64,000 bases of DNA from an uncultured Candidatus Saccharibacteria bacterium (GTDB lineage: Bacteria > Patescibacteriota > Minisyncoccia > Phycocordibacterales > UBA2100): NCBI GenBank assembly GCA_964350885.1, contig CAYGKV010000001.1:68891-132890 (forward strand), written 5' to 3'. The notes under the pieces were generated by a model, which ran no database searches, was not told the origin of the DNA, and was given only the letters and a program-made list of their open reading frames with translations. Each line of letters starts with the position of its first letter. The first letter of the stretch is position 1. A program made the translations under genes and the position numbers. Below are positions 61,071 through 64,000 of this stretch, piece after piece.

Positions 61071-62009
61071 CTAGAGCGAAAGTGTCTCGCCATACGCTTT
61101 CTTATAACGCTCCTTCACATCATCGGGGGTGAAATGATGGGTTTGGGTGCCGTATGTTTCGACGACAAACGCTGCGGCAACACTCGCGAGCCGCGCGCAA
61201 GAAGTCGGAGGCAAGCCTATGATCAATCCCTTGATGTATCCTGCGCGATACGCATCACCCGCACCTGTGGGATCAACTACCTCGTGTATAGGACACGCAC
61301 CCACTTCTATTGATCCTTGTGCACTCATAACGACCGAACCCTTAGCTCCACGAGTCACGGCGACGGTCGGCACGTGTCGCAAGACCTCCTCATCTGACCA
61401 TCCGGTTTTCTGTTTTATCAATGCATATTCATAATCACTCCCGAAAAGTACTTGTGCCCCATTGATACCATCGCGAAGTGTCTCCGGACTTAAGACGGGT
61501 ATTTGCTGCGCCGGGTCGTATAGATAACGCATATTGCGTTGTTTGTAATATCCAGGCAGCGCCTGCATATCCGGGACACATCCGGGAGCTATGATGGCAA
61601 ACCCCTTTCCTTCTGTTTCGACGGGGGTGTCGTACGGCGATCCTCCTGCGCCATAATGGAAAGCGGCAATTTGATTATTGCCTTTATCGGTAAGGATATA
61701 CGCGGAGGCAGTGAGCTGGTCCGCAAGAACCCTGATGGATGTGGATTCAACACCAGAGAGAAGGAGGTGAGCGCGATACGAATCGAAATCGCCACCAACA
61801 GAAGCGATGATCTCCGCCTGCTCTCCGAGAAGAGCGAGGTTGTAGGCAATGTTTCCTGCAGTTCCACCAAACTGCACCGACAGTGCCTCGACTTGGAAAC
61901 TCAAGTTAATGCTGTGGAGCATCTCTGGTATGAAATGCTCCGCAAAAAGCCCGTCAAAATCCATTATGCGATCATACGCAAGAGAACCTGATACAAGTAC
62001 GCGCGACAT
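61071..62009 (-). CDS. PfkB-family carbohydrate/nucleoside kinase (probable adenosine kinase)
   Basis: DPTGAGDAY motif, GG N-terminal motif. Adjacent to ahcY. Confidence 0.75.
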   Translation of the reverse strand: MSRVLVSGSLAYDRIMDFDGLFAEHFIPEMLHSINLSFQVEALSVQFGGTAGNIAYNLALLGEQAEIIASVGGDFDSYRAHLLLSGVESTSIRVLADQLTASAYILTDKGNNQIAAFHYGAGGSPYDTPVETEGKGFAIIAPGCVPDMQALPGYYKQRNMRYLYDPAQQIPVLSPETLRDGINGAQVLFGSDYEYALIKQKTGWSDEEVLRHVPTVAVTRGAKGSVVMSAQGSIEVGACPIHEVVDPTGAGDAYRAGYIKGLIIGLPPTSCARLASVAAAFVVETYGTQTHHFTPDDVKERYKKAYGETLSL

Positions 62010-62033
62010 GCACGAGATTATACACCCTTCGAC

Positions 62034-62705
62034 CTAACTCCGCGCAAACGGATTGAAGTTGGTATTTCGGTCATAGTAGTCTTCGCCTTCAGACCGTTTG
62101 AGGAAACGGATAATGCCATACGTCGCGGGGGTGAACAAAATCTCAATGGCTGTTTTGAACAGATAATTTGAGACGATGAGCGTAACGAGGAGAGAAGTCG
62201 GCAATATTCCCGCAAACGCTATCACGATAAAGAGCGAGCTATCCACCAATTCGCCCACGACGGTAGAGCCGATAGTGCGTGACCAAAGCCACTTCCCTGC
62301 CGTCCACACTTTCATCTTCGCGAGAATGAAAGAATTGACGAATTCTCCACAGAGGTACGCAATGAGGCTGGCAGCGACAATGCGCGGCGCTTGACCGAGA
62401 ATCGCGTCGTACGCCGATTGATTCCCCCAATCTGCCGCCGAAGGAAGCATGCCGACGATGTACAGAATGAGCGACATGGTGAAGGCGCAGAAAAAACCGA
62501 GCCATATCACTCGCCGCGATCTTTGAAATCCGTACACTTCCGTCAAAATATCCGCAAAAATATAGGAGAGTGGAAACAAAAGCGTGCCACCGTCGAAGGT
62601 CAGCCACCCAAGCTGCACTATCTTGGTAGACGCAATATTCGAGATGAGCAGCACCGCCACAAAAAAGACACTGATAGTTCCGAGGTATCGATACGTGCGT
62701 TCCAT
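62034..62705 (-). CDS. yhhQ: queuosine-precursor transporter, YhhQ/VUT family
   Basis: LLISNIASTKIVQLGWLTFDGGTLLFPLSYIFADILTEVYG aligns closely with the E. coli YhhQ core. ATG at 62705 (the track ORF starts at an upstream TTG). Confidence 0.75.
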   Translation of the reverse strand: MERTYRYLGTISVFFVAVLLISNIASTKIVQLGWLTFDGGTLLFPLSYIFADILTEVYGFQRSRRVIWLGFFCAFTMSLILYIVGMLPSAADWGNQSAYDAILGQAPRIVAASLIAYLCGEFVNSFILAKMKVWTAGKWLWSRTIGSTVVGELVDSSLFIVIAFAGILPTSLLVTLIVSNYLFKTAIEILFTPATYGIIRFLKRSEGEDYYDRNTNFNPFARS

Positions 62706-62805
62706 AAACAATGAGATGTTTAAGCGTCTGCTAAGGGATCGCCCACAATAACATGACTGCTATTTGTGGGCGACCACTTAGTGCCACGTCCATATTCTGT
62801 AGACT

Positions 62806-63387
62806 TTATTTATGGACGAGGCCTAAAAGTATGCCGCGGAGAACATCGATTCCTTCACCAGCCTCGGTGGATGTCTGGATTACTGCTGCACCCCCGACCA
62901 CTTTTTTTATTTTCTCAATCTGGAGCAAGCGTTCCTTTTGCGAAAGCTTGTCTATTTTGTTCAAAACTATGACAAACTCATATGCGAGATCATTCAGAAT
63001 CTTGATCATCTCTTCATCAAAACGTGTGAGACCTGCCTTTGCTTCGAGTATCAAGACGATCCTTTGCGGCCGCACTTCACCCGAAGTGAAATACCAGAGT
63101 ATCATCTTGCGCAGTTTTTCACGATCGGTCGGCGTGGGCGCTGCGTATCCATAGCCAGGGAGGTCGACAAAATAGTGAGTTTTGTTTATGAGGAAAAAAT
63201 TGATTTCTGTCGTCTTCCCTGGTTTTCTACCCACGCGCGCCAAATCCTTCACCCCCGTGAGCGCATTCAAGATGCTCGATTTACCGACATTCGAGCGACC
63301 GATAAATGCGACGTGCGGGATCTTCTCCGCAAGTATCGAGTCGGTACCCTTGATACCCTTTACAAATTCGGCTGATGTAATCCTCAT
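62806..63387 (-). CDS. engB: ribosome biogenesis GTP-binding protein EngB/YsxC
   Basis: GRSNVGKSS G1 motif, DLPGYG G3 motif, NKIDK G4 motif. Start at ATG 63387. Confidence 0.8.
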   Translation of the reverse strand: MRITSAEFVKGIKGTDSILAEKIPHVAFIGRSNVGKSSILNALTGVKDLARVGRKPGKTTEINFFLINKTHYFVDLPGYGYAAPTPTDREKLRKMILWYFTSGEVRPQRIVLILEAKAGLTRFDEEMIKILNDLAYEFVIVLNKIDKLSQKERLLQIEKIKKVVGGAAVIQTSTEAGEGIDVLRGILLGLVHK

Positions 63388-64000
63388 ACGAGAACCGTCC
63401 TGCATTCTTCGCTGCAGTACACAGTACCCTCCGTATCCCTACACTTCTCACATGCAATGAAGTGGAGGTGGCAAGATTGCTCAGCGCAATCGGCATACGC
63501 TTCCGACAGCGCGCCACAGAGATGACAGGTGCCGATGACTTCCCGTTCGCCGCCAAAATCCATCGTGACGCGCTGGTCGAATGTGTAGAGTGTGCCGAGA
63601 AAATCCTTGCCCGGATATTTCTCCATATACGAGTGAATACCGCCATCGAGCTGTCGTACATTTTTGAAACCCTTGTGTTGCAGGTATGCCGCCATCTTCT
63701 CGCAACGCACTCCTCCGGTACACACGGTGACTACCGTTTTTTCCTTGAGCGGCGAGAGCTTGTCTACGACGAGCGGCAAGTGACGCGAGGCAGAAATATC
63801 TGGCTGAACCGCATTCTTGAAATGTCCTGAAGCGAATTCGTAGTTATTTCGCATATCTACCACAACAAAATCTCGTTGCTCTTCATACCACGCGCGCAAC
63901 TCTTCGGGAGATATGCGCGGTGCGGTGCGAATGCGCGGATCCGCCTCTTCTTCGCTAAATCCTGTGCCCACGATCTCCTTGCGGACTTTCACCGAAAGTC
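63384..64000 (-). CDS. trhO: tRNA uridine(34) hydroxylase TrhO (rhodanese-like, YceA family), 5' end beyond window
   Basis: VCTGGVRCEK active-site loop and C-terminal Cys-rich region align with E. coli YceA from about residue 130 onward. The reading frame is open to the window edge. Confidence 0.6.
   Translation of the reverse strand, partial: LSVKVRKEIVGTGFSEEEADPRIRTAPRISPEELRAWYEEQRDFVVVDMRNNYEFASGHFKNAVQPDISASRHLPLVVDKLSPLKEKTVVTVCTGGVRCEKMAAYLQHKGFKNVRQLDGGIHSYMEKYPGKDFLGTLYTFDQRVTMDFGGEREVIGTCHLCGALSEAYADCAEQSCHLHFIACEKCRDTEGTVYCSEECRTVLV

Noticed and set aside
62706-62805. preQ1-I riboswitch upstream of yhhQ
   Set aside because: The hairpin is present but the conserved loop sequence and the A-rich 3' tail (AAAAAACUA) of preQ1-I are absent.

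Overview
This is a compact ~55% GC bacterial chromosomal segment. It is almost entirely coding and translation-heavy, with no rRNA, tRNA or CRISPR array recognised. The gene content, several truncated housekeeping proteins and frequent lack of clear Shine-Dalgarno sites suggest a small-genome (possibly CPR/Patescibacteria-like) organism; this is inference only.

Main blocks in order:
- ~0.1-6 kb: ATP-cone/Mrr-like nuclease, MgtC, a Cas4-like PD-(D/E)XK nuclease, an MGMT-domain protein, carboxynorspermidine decarboxylase plus dehydrogenase (alternative spermidine route) and ung.
- ~6-12 kb: M16 peptidase, a C-terminally short alaS, an actin-like ATPase plus membrane protein pair.
- ~12.2-16.3 kb: infA-rpmJ-rpsM-rpsK-rpsD-rpoA-rplQ-rplM-rpsI operon (rpmJ is missed by the ORF track).
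- ~17-20.7 kb: grpE-dnaK-dnaJ.
- ~20.7-26 kb: accessory stretch with two tandem paralogous 7-TM proteins, a locally AT-rich SET-domain gene, a small TM protein and an orphan multi-TM histidine kinase.
- ~26-36.7 kb: trpS, class IIb aspS/asnS, scpA, scpB, a dacA-like carboxypeptidase, mraY-ftsW-murG, gltX, an M23 peptidase.
- ~36.7-38.7 kb (minus strand): Ada-Zn-like small membrane protein, DnaQ-like exonuclease and a transglutaminase-like gene.
- ~38.7-49 kb: rpmA, rplI, ctp, CPA2/RCK antiporter, cysS, leuS, ychF.
- ~52.2-58.8 kb (minus strand): F1Fo ATP synthase operon atpBEFHAG-(four-helix-bundle gene)-DC.
- ~58.9-64 kb: ahcY, PfkB kinase, yhhQ, engB and a trhO gene running off the window edge.

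The most notable observations:
- A complete Nudix-hydrolase domain with a perfect Nudix box sits inside leuS.
- A ~28-nt palindromic repeat family (GAATGTCGGGATTTCGTAAATCCCGACA) occurs in frame inside leuS (as an inverted pair) and ahcY, and intergenically between atpD and atpC.
- A ~80-nt imperfect tandem repeat fills the ctp/antiporter intergenic region.
- A low-GC four-helix-bundle gene is inserted into the ATP synthase operon, and epsilon is truncated to its beta-sandwich.
- The ~20.7-26 kb accessory stretch listed above (7-TM paralogs / SET / orphan histidine kinase).
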